A program made the position numbers and the translations under genes. Under the pieces are notes generated by a model. That model ran no database searches. It saw nothing but the letters and a program-made list of their open reading frames with translations, and was not told the DNA's origin. From an uncultured Verrucomicrobiae bacterium (lineage in GTDB: Bacteria; Verrucomicrobiota; Verrucomicrobiia; Chthoniobacterales; JAFAMB01), in NCBI GenBank assembly GCA_963762565.1, contig CAVXLD010000007.1, positions 416,001 to 480,000 on the forward strand: DNA of 64,000 nucleotides. Direction: 5' to 3'. Positions 19,892-29,403 of the stretch are shown piece by piece. Each line of letters opens with the position of its first letter. Position 1 is the stretch's first letter.

Positions 19892-20718
19892 GCAAAGCCG
19901 AAAACATAACGCGGAGAAGTGGATCGAACCTTGCTTTTGCCTTCTTTTGCTTACCGAAAGAGAAACGGCGCGACATCTCGACGTTTTATGCGTTCTGCCG
20001 GCACGTGGATGATATCGCTGACGATCCAGGGCTCCCAGTCGAAGATCGTCGGGCGCGGTTGGAAGGCTGGAGATCGTGGATCCGGCGATCGACTGAGGGC
20101 GAACCGGATTTTGCCGGCGAAGTTCGGCAGCTAATCAAGAAATACTCTCTCAAAGTATTGCACTTTGAAGACATTCTCAGCGGGGTGGAGATGGATCTGC
20201 AGCCGGTCCGGTTCTCAACTTTTGCGGAGCTCTCGGAATATTGTTATCGAGTGGCCAGCGCGGTCGGGTTAGTCAGCATAGAGATCTTCGGCTACAAAAA
20301 CGCACACTGCCGGGATTACGCCTATTATTTAGGCTTGGCGTTGCAGCTAACCAACATTATTCGGGACGTGGGCTCGGATCTGGCCAATGGGGGTCGTATT
20401 TACCTGCCGTTGGATGAAATGGCCCAATTCAGCTATCCCGAGGAAGAGTTGGTCCAGCGGAAATATAATGACCGGTTTATCGACCTCATGAAATTCCAGG
20501 CCGAACGAGCCCATGCGTACTTCCAAAGGGCCATCGAAACGCTGCCGGCCGAGGATCAGAAGTCAATGAAGGCGGCTGAATTGATGCGGGAAGTGTATTT
20601 CAAGCTGCTTACTCGGATCGAAAAGGACCGTTTCCGGGTCTTTAAGAAGAAGTACCGCCTGAGCCGGCCGGAAAAACTTTGGATTATTTCTCGGCATTTT
20701 GCCACAAATCTGACATAG
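19888..20718 (+). CDS. hpnD: Squalene/phytoene synthase family, HpnD-like
   Basis: SGSNLAFAF, YAFCR.VDDIAD, YCYRVASAVG, LQLTNIIRDV, GRIYLP. Confidence 0.8.
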   Translation: MSKAENITRRSGSNLAFAFFCLPKEKRRDISTFYAFCRHVDDIADDPGLPVEDRRARLEGWRSWIRRSTEGEPDFAGEVRQLIKKYSLKVLHFEDILSGVEMDLQPVRFSTFAELSEYCYRVASAVGLVSIEIFGYKNAHCRDYAYYLGLALQLTNIIRDVGSDLANGGRIYLPLDEMAQFSYPEEELVQRKYNDRFIDLMKFQAERAHAYFQRAIETLPAEDQKSMKAAELMREVYFKLLTRIEKDRFRVFKKKYRLSRPEKLWIISRHFATNLT

Positions 20719-20783
20719 TGTGGTTTGTCTTTAGCAGGAACCAGGTCTGCAACCTGCTGCTAGGGAGTCTGCGGAGTCCTTAT

Positions 20784-21131
20784 ATGACAAAAATGATCTA
20801 CCTTGGGGCCGTCATTTTGATGGTTCTCGGGTTAGCCTCTTCAGAGGCATTTGGGCAGACAAATAGCAGTCTGTCATCGACTGCAGGCATCGCTCCGATC
20901 GGTGTCAGTAGCAGTTTGGTAGGAAATGCTCTCGGCTTCGTCGTTCACCTCGCCGGGAAAGATATTATCTACTTGTGGGACGGCAGTGTGATTCCGGTAG
21001 CGACTCGTACAAACCAAGCCGATATCGTGATTAGCCCGTACGTCCCCCATAACCGGGTTATTGTCCGCGGGATCCAGTCGGGAGAGTTGGTAATGGACCC
21101 GTCGGTAATGAAACCGTTTGTTCGGCCTTAA
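20784..21131 (+). CDS. Secreted hypothetical protein
   Basis: Signal peptide; C-terminal VISPYVP...VRGIQSG.LVMDP...KPFVRP resembles a domain I associate with Verrucomicrobia. Confidence 0.65.
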   Translation: MTKMIYLGAVILMVLGLASSEAFGQTNSSLSSTAGIAPIGVSSSLVGNALGFVVHLAGKDIIYLWDGSVIPVATRTNQADIVISPYVPHNRVIVRGIQSGELVMDPSVMKPFVRP

Positions 21132-21409
21132 AGATAAGGGAAGAGATTCCATAACAGAATAGCGCCGGTGTAGAGCAGGACGCCGGCGAACCCTGACCTT
21201 GGACGGTGCAGGTGGAGCGGTCAGTCAGTTCGGCTAACCGCACAGTGGGGTTTACTTTTTCGTTCTCAGTAGAACGTCTCTCGGGCGTAGCAGGCAAATA
21301 TCATCGTCCGCCTGAACGGCGTACTGGCCACGTCCGAATCGGTTATGGGCGGAGAAATTGAATTTGCGTAATCCGTGGAGCTGGTTGTCGGAATTCAGGG
21401 TGGGTATTG

Positions 21410-21820
21410 TTATTTTTTTAGGCTCGCGAGGGCCGGCACGCTTGAGAGCACGTTGTTAACTGTGTCTTCTCCGACCAATTTCTTGGCCTCGCCGATAAAG
21501 TTTTCTACGAACGGAGGGATCAACTCGGTCTGGAGCCCAGCGTTTTCCAGACCCGCCACAACCTTGCCGACCTCGGCAGTTTGGCCTCCAAAAAGGGAGC
21601 TCACACCCCCGATCAGATTTCCGAGAAGATTGCCGCCGCCAGCGTCAGGAGTCGGCGCGTTCGCTAGTTCATTTGCGCCCGGAATCTGATTCAGAAGAGT
21701 CCCGACTTCACTTCCACCCGCTTTTTGCTTCAGGTAGTTTAACAATACTGCTAATCCCGAGCGAACGACAGCCTCGGGGATCCCAAGTTTTTGCGCAATG
21801 GCTGTTACTATTTGGTCCAT
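21410..21820 (-). CDS. Conserved hypothetical protein (DUF2780-like, Gly-rich helical)
   Basis: IAQKLGI...GL.VLL.YLK...IPGA..L...GGG.LLG pattern. Confidence 0.6.
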   Translation of the reverse strand: MDQIVTAIAQKLGIPEAVVRSGLAVLLNYLKQKAGGSEVGTLLNQIPGANELANAPTPDAGGGNLLGNLIGGVSSLFGGQTAEVGKVVAGLENAGLQTELIPPFVENFIGEAKKLVGEDTVNNVLSSVPALASLKK

Positions 21821-22062
21821 ATAGCTGTGATGCTGTTACGATCTGTCAATTGATAGGTCTTCCCAAGGGTATGAGAGACGGTTCAGTTTCTGCAAGACAT
21901 CTCTTTTATCGCGAGTCGGACTGTAAGGTGCCTGCACTCACAAGGCGCTTCGTTCTCGTCCTCGAATCCGGCCACGCGGAGTGGTGGAGTGTGGGAGTGT
22001 TGGAGTACCGTGCCAAGTCCGAAAAGCCCCCGCGTAGCGAGTTAGGGATGCCGAATGAGGGC

Positions 22063-23163
22063 TCACGCCGAGCCCGCTTCTTGACGCAATCTCGCCATTT
22101 CTTCGGGCAGCGGCGGGAAGACGCCGAATTCTGTAACTAACCCGGAGACAAATCGGCGGGGAGTAACATCAAATGCGTAGTTTAGCGCATCGCTACCTTC
22201 GGGAGTGAGTTGCACACTACAGACTTTGCCATCCGCGGTCCGGCCTGAGATGAGCGTGACTTCTTCCGGGGCACGCGTCTCGATGGGAATACTCTTCACT
22301 CCGTCGTCAATAGTCCAATCGATCGTCGACACAGGTAAGGCTACATAAAAAGGGACTCGATTATCGTGGGCAGCCAACGCTTTAAGGTAAGTGCCGATCT
22401 TGTTGCAAACATCGCCGCCAGCGGTGGTGCGGTCGCTGCCGACGATGCAAAGGTCGACCCGCCCGTGTTGCATGAGATGTCCGCCAGCATTGTCTACAAT
22501 AACTGTGTGGGGCACACCATGATGACCCAGTTCCCAAGCTGTGAGAGAGGCTCCTTGGTTCCGTGGCCGAGTCTCGTCTACCCAAACATGAACGGGAATA
22601 CCGGCATCGAATGCCTTATAGATGGGAGCCAGAGCAGTTCCCCAGTCGACGGTTGCTAACCAACCCGCATTACAATGGGTCAGGACGTTCACTGGACGCG
22701 AGCGTTGAACATTGTCCCAAGCTTGCTCGATCAAGGCTTTCCCGTGTTCACCGATGGCAGAACAGTTGGCGACGTCTTCATCCGCGATGATTTTAGCGGT
22801 GGCCAGGGCGACGGATACGCGTTCTCTCGGCTCAAGCGAAAGCAGGACCGATCGCATCCGATCGAGCGCCCAGCGTAAGTTGTATGCGGTGGGACGCGAA
22901 GCGAACAACGCATCATAGGCATGCTCAAAGGCTTTATCACTCGGATCGGCGGCCATCGCCAGTGCGATCCCGTAACCGGCAGAAGCTCCAATTAACGGTG
23001 CGCCGCGTACGACCATGTTGCGGATACCGGCGACCACATCATCCAGTGTTCGCCATTCAACAACTTTGAAGACATGAGGGAGTAAAGTCTGATCGATCAC
23101 GCTAACCGAAATATGGTCAGCATTTGGCCAGATGGTTCGATAAGGTTGGCCGTCAACTCTCAT
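22063..23163 (-). CDS. mtnA: S-methyl-5-thioribose-1-phosphate isomerase
   Basis: [55 protein letters not shown]. Confidence 0.95.
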   Translation of the reverse strand: MRVDGQPYRTIWPNADHISVSVIDQTLLPHVFKVVEWRTLDDVVAGIRNMVVRGAPLIGASAGYGIALAMAADPSDKAFEHAYDALFASRPTAYNLRWALDRMRSVLLSLEPRERVSVALATAKIIADEDVANCSAIGEHGKALIEQAWDNVQRSRPVNVLTHCNAGWLATVDWGTALAPIYKAFDAGIPVHVWVDETRPRNQGASLTAWELGHHGVPHTVIVDNAGGHLMQHGRVDLCIVGSDRTTAGGDVCNKIGTYLKALAAHDNRVPFYVALPVSTIDWTIDDGVKSIPIETRAPEEVTLISGRTADGKVCSVQLTPEGSDALNYAFDVTPRRFVSGLVTEFGVFPPLPEEMARLRQEAGSA

Positions 23164-23284
23164 GGTGTGAATACTCCTGACGGTTTGCTAGCGGTTACTT
23201 AAGTAATTTCAGAGAAACTCTCAGATTCTATCACAACAAAAACGGTAGGGCGAGGCGCGCGGGAGAGGTGAAAAGTGAAGGGCC

Positions 23285-23503
23285 GGTAGGGCGAAAATCT
23301 CGGCGCGCATTAGATGAGCCATTCACAATATGCTTGTACGCGCCGGATTTGAGCCGCGCCGTGGACGTACCACCTCCCTAGCTTCGATGGGATGGATGAA
23401 AAATAACCTTCTTGATGATACACCGCGCACGCATGGCTCAAATCCGGCGCGGTTCAGCCAGGAAGGTGGTTTGCCTTGGCCGCGCCGAGATTTTCGCCCT
23501 ACC
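23285..23503. repeat. REP/REPIN-like element, family B (GGTAGGGCGAAAATCTCGGCGCG TIR)
   Basis: Perfect TIR plus inner CGCGCCGGATTTGAGCC..GGCTCAAATCCGGCGCG; second copy at 42497-42732. Confidence 0.85.
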
Positions 23504-23511
23504 TCTTCCGC

Positions 23512-24855
23512 CTATCCGAACAATAATCGGCACACGAAAACAGCGGCGACAGCTCCGGCGAGGTCGGCAAGTAGGCCGGCAAAAATTGCATGCCGGATGC
23601 GCGTGATCCCAACAGAGCCGAAGTAAACGGCGACAACGTAAAAGGTTGTTTCAGCGCTGCCGTAGATCGTCGCAGCCGTGTAGGTGAGCAAGCTGTCAGG
23701 CCCGAATTGTTTAATCATGTCGCTTAGAACCGCGAGTGAACCGCTGCCACTGAGCGGTCGCATTAGGACCATCGGCAGCATTTCGCCCGGGATCTGAAGA
23801 ACGCCAAAAATCGGACTGAGCAGTAGTTTCAAAAAGTCTAGTGCTCCGGATTCGCGGAACACCGCAATCGCAACTAACATTGCCACGAGATAAGGGATGA
23901 TCCGGAGCGCAGTTTGAAAGCCTTCTTTCGCACCTTCGATGAATTCTGAGTAAATAGGCACCCCCCGTCCGAAGGCATACAGCGGGAAAAACGTCAGCAC
24001 GAACGGTACGGCGATGGGGGAAAGCGCCTTCAATACCAGGATCATGCCGGAGAGCAAATCAGAAGGCCAAGGGGCTGCGCCAAACAGGTAAGGAAACGCC
24101 TTGCTAACGAACGCACCGATAAAAACCAGTAACAGAATGACTAGTGCCCATCGAGCCCAGGACGGGCCTGCCTTTTTTTCGGATTGAGCGAGGTCCGGTT
24201 CTGGCTGTTCTTCCGTATTGTCTGCAGCCTGGTTCTGGATTGGGTCCGCGGGCGCCGGCTGGTTTTCCCAACGAAAAGGGCCAACTCGCTCAAGCAGCTT
24301 GACGGTGATGATCGCGCAGATGGTGGCAAACCCGGTGGAAAGCAAAGTCGATCCCACGATGGCGGACGGATTTTTCGAACCGTTAATCGCGAGCAAATTG
24401 ATGGCCGTGGCGGGGATCAACTGGATCGAAGCGGTGTTGATCGCCAAAAAAGTGCACATGGCGTTGGTGGCGACGCCGGGTTTAGAGTTGAGCCGGTTGA
24501 GCTCGGTCATCGCCTTCAGACCAAGCGGCGTTGCGGCGTTGCTTACCCCCAGCATGTTGGCGGAGATGTTCATCATCATGGCGCCGATCGCCGGATGATC
24601 GCTGGGGACATCAGGAAAAAGCCGTAACATGATCGGCCGGATCAATCGTCCCAGGCGTTGGATCAGACCTGATTTTTCTGCCAACCGCATCAGACCTAGC
24701 CACAGCGCCATCACTCCGACCAGCGGAAGCGCGAGATCCATGACCGCTGACTTCGCCGCGGTCAGCCCCCCTTGCCCAACGGCGTCAAGTTTCCCAGTAA
24801 ATACGGCTACCAATACGCCGGAAAGCAGTAGTGCTAGCCAGATTACGTTGAGCAT
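23512..24855 (-). CDS. Nucleoside-recognition (Gate) domain membrane protein, SpmA/SpmB fusion
   Basis: ANMLGVSNAATPLGLKAM, FLAINTAS, FIEGAKEGF, RPLSGSG, GSAETTFYVVAVYFG. Confidence 0.9.
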   Translation of the reverse strand: MLNVIWLALLLSGVLVAVFTGKLDAVGQGGLTAAKSAVMDLALPLVGVMALWLGLMRLAEKSGLIQRLGRLIRPIMLRLFPDVPSDHPAIGAMMMNISANMLGVSNAATPLGLKAMTELNRLNSKPGVATNAMCTFLAINTASIQLIPATAINLLAINGSKNPSAIVGSTLLSTGFATICAIITVKLLERVGPFRWENQPAPADPIQNQAADNTEEQPEPDLAQSEKKAGPSWARWALVILLLVFIGAFVSKAFPYLFGAAPWPSDLLSGMILVLKALSPIAVPFVLTFFPLYAFGRGVPIYSEFIEGAKEGFQTALRIIPYLVAMLVAIAVFRESGALDFLKLLLSPIFGVLQIPGEMLPMVLMRPLSGSGSLAVLSDMIKQFGPDSLLTYTAATIYGSAETTFYVVAVYFGSVGITRIRHAIFAGLLADLAGAVAAVFVCRLLFG

Positions 24856-24888
24856 GGGAGGGGGTGGCGCGTGTTAAGAGGTGGCGGC

Positions 24889-25062
24889 TGGAGTGATGGA
24901 GTGGTGGAGTGATGGAGTGGTGGAGTGGTGGAGTGGTGGAGTGGTGGAGTGGTGGAGTGATGGAGTGATGGAGTGGTGGAGTGGTGGAGTGGTGGAGTGG
25001 TGGAGTGGTGGAGTGAGTGAGAGTGATGGAGTGATGGAGTGATGGAGTGGTGGAGTGGTGGA
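24889..25062 (+). repeat. Octamer tandem repeat GGAGTG(G/A)T, about 20 copies
   Basis: Directly visible. Confidence 0.95.
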
Positions 25063-25089
25063 GAACTGGGCTACTGAGGTATTTTGCTG

Positions 25090-25548
25090 CTACGGTTTGT
25101 TGCCGGTCGTTCCGAGATACACGGCGTTGGATTCTCGGACGATTAACGTGTCGATCCAACCCCCGGCATCTTGTTTGCGTTCAAGAGCTTCTACTAGACG
25201 AAGCAGCCCGTTTTCGAGCTTAAATGCTAGCTGGTCAAGTGTATCGAATGCCTCTTCGGAGAGCTGATTTGCGGTTAAGTACGCGTGGTACCCAGAGACG
25301 CTTTCTCCTAGTGATCCAAGGGCGATGTAAAGGTAATGGATGTACTCTCGGATTGAGCGACGACAATAGCCCTCGGCGATGTTCCGATGAACCGAGTCAG
25401 CCGACGCCATGGCCTGGGAAGCAATGCGCTTCATTTCGAACGGCCATTCAGCCACTAGGCGGCAGGTTTCAGCGTACAACTTAATCGCATCTTGCCAGAC
25501 TCTCAGCTGCTGGTAGCCACGATTCTTATTCTTTCGCTTTATACCCAT
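25090..25548 (-). CDS. Four-helix-bundle protein (23S rRNA IVS protein-like family)
   Basis: GYQQLRVWQDA...SQ...SADSVHRNIAEGY.R...EYI..LYIALGSLGE. Confidence 0.85.
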   Translation of the reverse strand: MGIKRKNKNRGYQQLRVWQDAIKLYAETCRLVAEWPFEMKRIASQAMASADSVHRNIAEGYCRRSIREYIHYLYIALGSLGESVSGYHAYLTANQLSEEAFDTLDQLAFKLENGLLRLVEALERKQDAGGWIDTLIVRESNAVYLGTTGNKP

Positions 25549-25622
25549 CACCCCCAAATACCCCAATGCCCACCCGATCTACCACCCCAATCCTTCACCA
25601 CCGCCACAAACCATCCCAATAC

Positions 25623-25841
25623 CCCCAACGCTCCAACGCTCCAACGCTCCAACACTCCAAGACTCCAACACTCCAAGACTCCAAGACTCCAAGACTCCAA
25701 GACTCCAACACTCCAACACTCCAAGACTCCAACACTCCAACACTCCAACACTCCGACACTCCGACACTCCAACACTCCAACACTCCAACACTCCAAGACT
25801 CCAACACTCCAACACTCCAACACTCCAACACTCCGACACTC
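25623..25841 (+). repeat. Octamer tandem repeat CTCCAA(C/G)A, about 25 copies
   Basis: Directly visible; approximately the reverse complement of the 24889-25062 array. Confidence 0.95.
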
Positions 25842-25937
25842 CCCGTGCCACCTCTCGGCGCTCGCCATTCCTTTTTGCATACCACCGAATATTTCGTTGG
25901 CGAGATGGCCCTTTTTGCGGGTGATTAGGAGTGCCTT

Positions 25938-27467
25938 ATGAATCCTTGCCAACCGATTCCGCGTGCTGGTGAACCGTGTGCGATCGTCATCTTTGGAGCG
26001 TCCGGGGATCTCACAAAGCGTAAACTGATTCCGTCGCTTTATAATCTGGCTTCTTATCATCTGTTGCCGAAGAACTTCAGTATCATCGGAGTTGCTAGAA
26101 GCGACTGGAGCGACCAGGAGTTCGCCTCTCGGCTAGGGAAAGACCTGACCGAGCTTGGTACTCAGCCGGTTGACCCGAATATCTGGAGCGAGTTCCAGGA
26201 TCGGATGCTCTACTGTTCCGGAAGTTTTGACGATCCGAAAACGTACGAAAAACTTGGACAACGACTCGCCGAGTCTGCCAAGAGACTGGGGACAAATGGG
26301 AACGTCCTTTTTTATCTTTCGGTCCAGCCTTCGTTCTTTGCGACGATCGCAAAGATGTTGGCTCAGTACGGCCTGACTCGAGAAGAAGGTAATTGGCGCC
26401 GAGTAATCATCGAGAAACCGTTCGGCCATGATCTGTCATCGGCGTTGGAGTTGAACCGGAATTTAACCAGCGCATTGCAGGAGCATCAGATCTATCGGAT
26501 CGACCATTACCTTGGGAAAGAGACCGCGCAGAACCTGCTCGTATTTCGGCTGGGCAATGCGGTATTCGAACCGATCTGGAACCGCCGTTACATCGATCAT
26601 TTTCAATTGACGGTCGCTGAATCCATTGGGGTGGAAGGAAGAGGAGCATTCTACGAGTCCGCGGGCGCGTTTCGAGACGTGATGCAGAATCACATGTTTA
26701 TGCTGCTGGCATTGATTGCGATGGAACCTCCGAACTCGCTTCAGGGTGAGGCGGTGCGAAACGAGAAAGTGAAGCTTTTGCAAGCGGTGCGTAGCAGTAC
26801 TCCGGAAGAGGCGTTGGCGTCTACGGTTCGCGGGCAATATGGGCCGGGGCAGGTTGGCGGCCTGAGTGTTCCGGGCTACCGCCAAGAAAAGAATGTCAAT
26901 CCGGAATCAACCGTAGAAACATACGCAGCGGTGAAGCTAATGATCGATAATTGGCGTTGGGCGGGCGTGCCTTTCTACCTGCGCTCAGGCAAACGCTTGG
27001 CTAAGCGAACCACGAAAATCGTGGTTCGGTTTAAGGTACCGTCCTTAGCGTTATTCGGATCGAACGAGAATGAGATGATTGCTCCTAACCGCCTTATTTT
27101 TAATATCCAACCGGATGAAGGGATCACATTTCAGGTGCGGGCCAAGGTGCCGGGTCCGACGTTAGCCACGAACGCGGTGCATCTTGATTTCGATTATTCG
27201 CAGTTTGGTGATCGAGCGCCGACCACAGGATACGAAAAGCTCTTGTATGATTGCATGGTAGGCGATTCGACTTTGTTTCACCGATCGGACATGGTCGAAG
27301 CGGCCTGGCAAGCCGCTCAACCCATCCTGGATGCCTGGGGGAATAATCCGCCGAAAGACTTTCCGAACTACGCCGCCGGCGCTTGGGGACCGGCAGCGGC
27401 TGATGAGCTTCTCGAACGCGACGACCACAAGTGGTGGTATCCATCGGAATCGGGGATATCGGCATAG
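25938..27467 (+). CDS. zwf: Glucose-6-phosphate 1-dehydrogenase
   Basis: GASGDL, IEKPFG, RIDHYLGKE, DVMQNH, WAGVPFYLRSGK. Confidence 0.97.
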   Translation: MNPCQPIPRAGEPCAIVIFGASGDLTKRKLIPSLYNLASYHLLPKNFSIIGVARSDWSDQEFASRLGKDLTELGTQPVDPNIWSEFQDRMLYCSGSFDDPKTYEKLGQRLAESAKRLGTNGNVLFYLSVQPSFFATIAKMLAQYGLTREEGNWRRVIIEKPFGHDLSSALELNRNLTSALQEHQIYRIDHYLGKETAQNLLVFRLGNAVFEPIWNRRYIDHFQLTVAESIGVEGRGAFYESAGAFRDVMQNHMFMLLALIAMEPPNSLQGEAVRNEKVKLLQAVRSSTPEEALASTVRGQYGPGQVGGLSVPGYRQEKNVNPESTVETYAAVKLMIDNWRWAGVPFYLRSGKRLAKRTTKIVVRFKVPSLALFGSNENEMIAPNRLIFNIQPDEGITFQVRAKVPGPTLATNAVHLDFDYSQFGDRAPTTGYEKLLYDCMVGDSTLFHRSDMVEAAWQAAQPILDAWGNNPPKDFPNYAAGAWGPAAADELLERDDHKWWYPSESGISA

Positions 27468-27503
27468 GGCGGGTAGGGCGAAACGGCGTATGGGCGGGAT
27501 TTG

Positions 27504-27611
27504 GGGAGGGCGCGCGTCCTCGCGCGCTCTGAATCGTCGATATAGCCAAATGCTCGATCTGGTCTGTCCTGGGCTTCGATAACGACTGATCGCGAGCACG
27601 CGATCCCTCCC
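27504..27611. repeat. REP/REPIN-like element, family C
   Basis: GGGAGGGCGCGCGTCCTCGCG ... CGCGAGCACGCGATCCCTCCC. Confidence 0.8.
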
Positions 27612-27654
27612 TTGCTATTTGCGTGCTGAAGTCTACGTTTCCGACTCTTGGTTT

Positions 27655-28845
27655 ATGGCTGCTAGTATAATTCCGGAAAGTCGCTGGACCGACGTCCAGC
27701 TTAGCAACGACGAGATCGCCCGCTATTCCCGGCACTTGATCATGCCGGAGGTGACGCTTGAGGGGCAGAAGAAATTGAAAGCGGCGTCCATCCTCTGTAT
27801 TGGGGCCGGAGGATTGGGTTCGCCCATAGCGCTCTACCTTGCAGCTGCTGGAATCGGCCGCTTGGGGTTGGTCGACCCGGATGTCGTTGATTTCTCGAAT
27901 CTCCAACGCCAGATCCTGCATGGCACCGATGACGTTGGCAGAAAAAAACTCAATTCAGCGAGGGATCGGATTAAGGCCGTGAATCCAAACGTCCAAGTCG
28001 ATCTTTACGATTGCCTCTTTCGCAGCGAAAACGCGATGGAGATAGTCCGCGACTATGACGTTATCGTAGATGGTACGGATAACTTTCCAACGCGTTATCT
28101 ATCGAATGACGTCAGTGTGCTGACCAAAAAACCGAATGTTTACGGGTCCATTTTCAGGTTCGATGGCCAGGCGACCGTGTTCGCGCCGCACTTGGGCGGT
28201 CCTTGTTATCGTTGCATGTTCCCGGAGCCGCCGCCTCCCGGTATGGTGCCAAGTTGCGCTGAAGGAGGCGTTCTCGGTGTGTTACCCGGTATCATCGGAG
28301 TTCTCCAAGCGATCGAAGCAGTAAAGCTAATTCTTGGAGTTGGAGACCCGTTGATCGGAAGGTTGATCAGCTTTGATGCGTTAAAGATGCGATTTCGCGA
28401 GTTCAAAGTCCGGCCCGATCCGAACTGTCCGATTTGCGGAAAGAATCCCACGATCCATGAACTGATCGATTACGAGCAATTTTGTGGGTTACCGCAAGCG
28501 GATGCGGAGGCTAAACAAGAGATGGCCGTCCCGGCAATCTCTGTGATTGATCTGAAGGCTAAGCTCGATCGCAAGGATCCTTTCGTCCTCGTCGATGTCC
28601 GAGAGCCTTATGAATACGAGATTTGCCACATTGAGGGAGCTCGTTTGATTCCGTTGGGTGAATTGCCCGGGCGGCTGAGTGAATTGGATAGCGCCGACGA
28701 GATCGTGTTGCAATGTAAGGGCGGTACTCGAAGCGCCCGTGCACTCCACGTCCTTTCGGACGCAGGGTTCCGCAAACTCTACAATTTAGAGGGTGGGATC
28801 ACCGAGTGGGCCGAAAGGGTCGATCCTTCGATGCCGAAGTATTAG
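27655..28845 (+). CDS. moeB: MoeB/ThiF adenylyltransferase with C-terminal rhodanese domain (MoeZ type)
   Basis: RYSRH, GAGGLG, SNLQRQ, DGTDNF, CYRC, CAEGGVLG, CPIC; rhodanese DVRE...CKGGTRS...LEGGI..W. Confidence 0.92.
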   Translation: MAASIIPESRWTDVQLSNDEIARYSRHLIMPEVTLEGQKKLKAASILCIGAGGLGSPIALYLAAAGIGRLGLVDPDVVDFSNLQRQILHGTDDVGRKKLNSARDRIKAVNPNVQVDLYDCLFRSENAMEIVRDYDVIVDGTDNFPTRYLSNDVSVLTKKPNVYGSIFRFDGQATVFAPHLGGPCYRCMFPEPPPPGMVPSCAEGGVLGVLPGIIGVLQAIEAVKLILGVGDPLIGRLISFDALKMRFREFKVRPDPNCPICGKNPTIHELIDYEQFCGLPQADAEAKQEMAVPAISVIDLKAKLDRKDPFVLVDVREPYEYEICHIEGARLIPLGELPGRLSELDSADEIVLQCKGGTRSARALHVLSDAGFRKLYNLEGGITEWAERVDPSMPKY

Positions 28846-28907
28846 GCAGCGACTGTTTTACTGGCCAGATGCGCGCGCGGGCTGGAGGCGGGTTTGGGTA
28901 ATGACAC

Positions 28908-29100
28908 CGGAGTGATGGAGCGTTGGAGTTTTGGAGTAATGCAGTAGTGGGTGCTGGAGTGATCGAATAGACTAGACTCGTCAGAGTTCACATCGAGCTC
29001 GACTTCTGATACAAAGACATCCTCACCCGAAGGCAAGGCTTCTTTCGCGACAGATGTCCGAGGACCACCAACACTCCAGAACTCCGATACTCCATCACTC
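28908..29100. repeat. Degenerate inverted octamer arms (GGAGT..T)n ... (ACTCC...)n
   Basis: Arms at about 28908-28960 and 29068-29100. Confidence 0.7.
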
Positions 29101-29153
29101 CGTTTTTCCGAGCTCCACATCTAGCCGCAGCCCCAGATGCGGACACCGTCGCT

Positions 29154-29402
29154 ATGGATCCCCAGCTTTTAGCTCTCCTCCGGTGCCCTGAAACCAGAGG
29201 GGTTTTGCGCAACGCGACGCCGGGCGAACTAGAACAAATCAACACGGCGATTCGCAATTCCGATGTTCGTAATCGGAACGGAGAAAAGGTTAGTGAGCTT
29301 TTAGACGACTGTCTGATTTGCGATTCAGCCGGATTGTGTTATCCGGTTCGCGACGGCCTGCCTGTGATGTTAACCGGCGAAGCTTTCGATACCCCCCATT
29401 GA
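29154..29402 (+). CDS. Trm112-like small protein
   Basis: MDPQLLALLRCPET...YPVRDGLPVML..EA. Confidence 0.8.
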   Translation: MDPQLLALLRCPETRGVLRNATPGELEQINTAIRNSDVRNRNGEKVSELLDDCLICDSAGLCYPVRDGLPVMLTGEAFDTPH

Positions 29403-29403
29403 T

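Noticed and set aside
25090..25548. Four-helix-bundle gene as Avd of a diversity-generating retroelement
   Set aside because: No reverse transcriptase and no TR/VR pair differing at adenines was seen in the window.
24785..26060. ORF-track proteins rich in HHSTTP, LQHSNTP or WSVGVLE (also ITNHQSP ORFs at 6533-6785 and 44961-45426)
   Set aside because: These are translations of stop-free simple repeats, open in several frames; no sign of real coding.
27655..29402. moeB plus small ORF as a ubiquitin-like conjugation module linked to arc-dop
   Set aside because: The small ORF is Trm112-like with no C-terminal GG, no JAB or MoaD/ThiS gene is adjacent, and unrelated genes separate the two loci.
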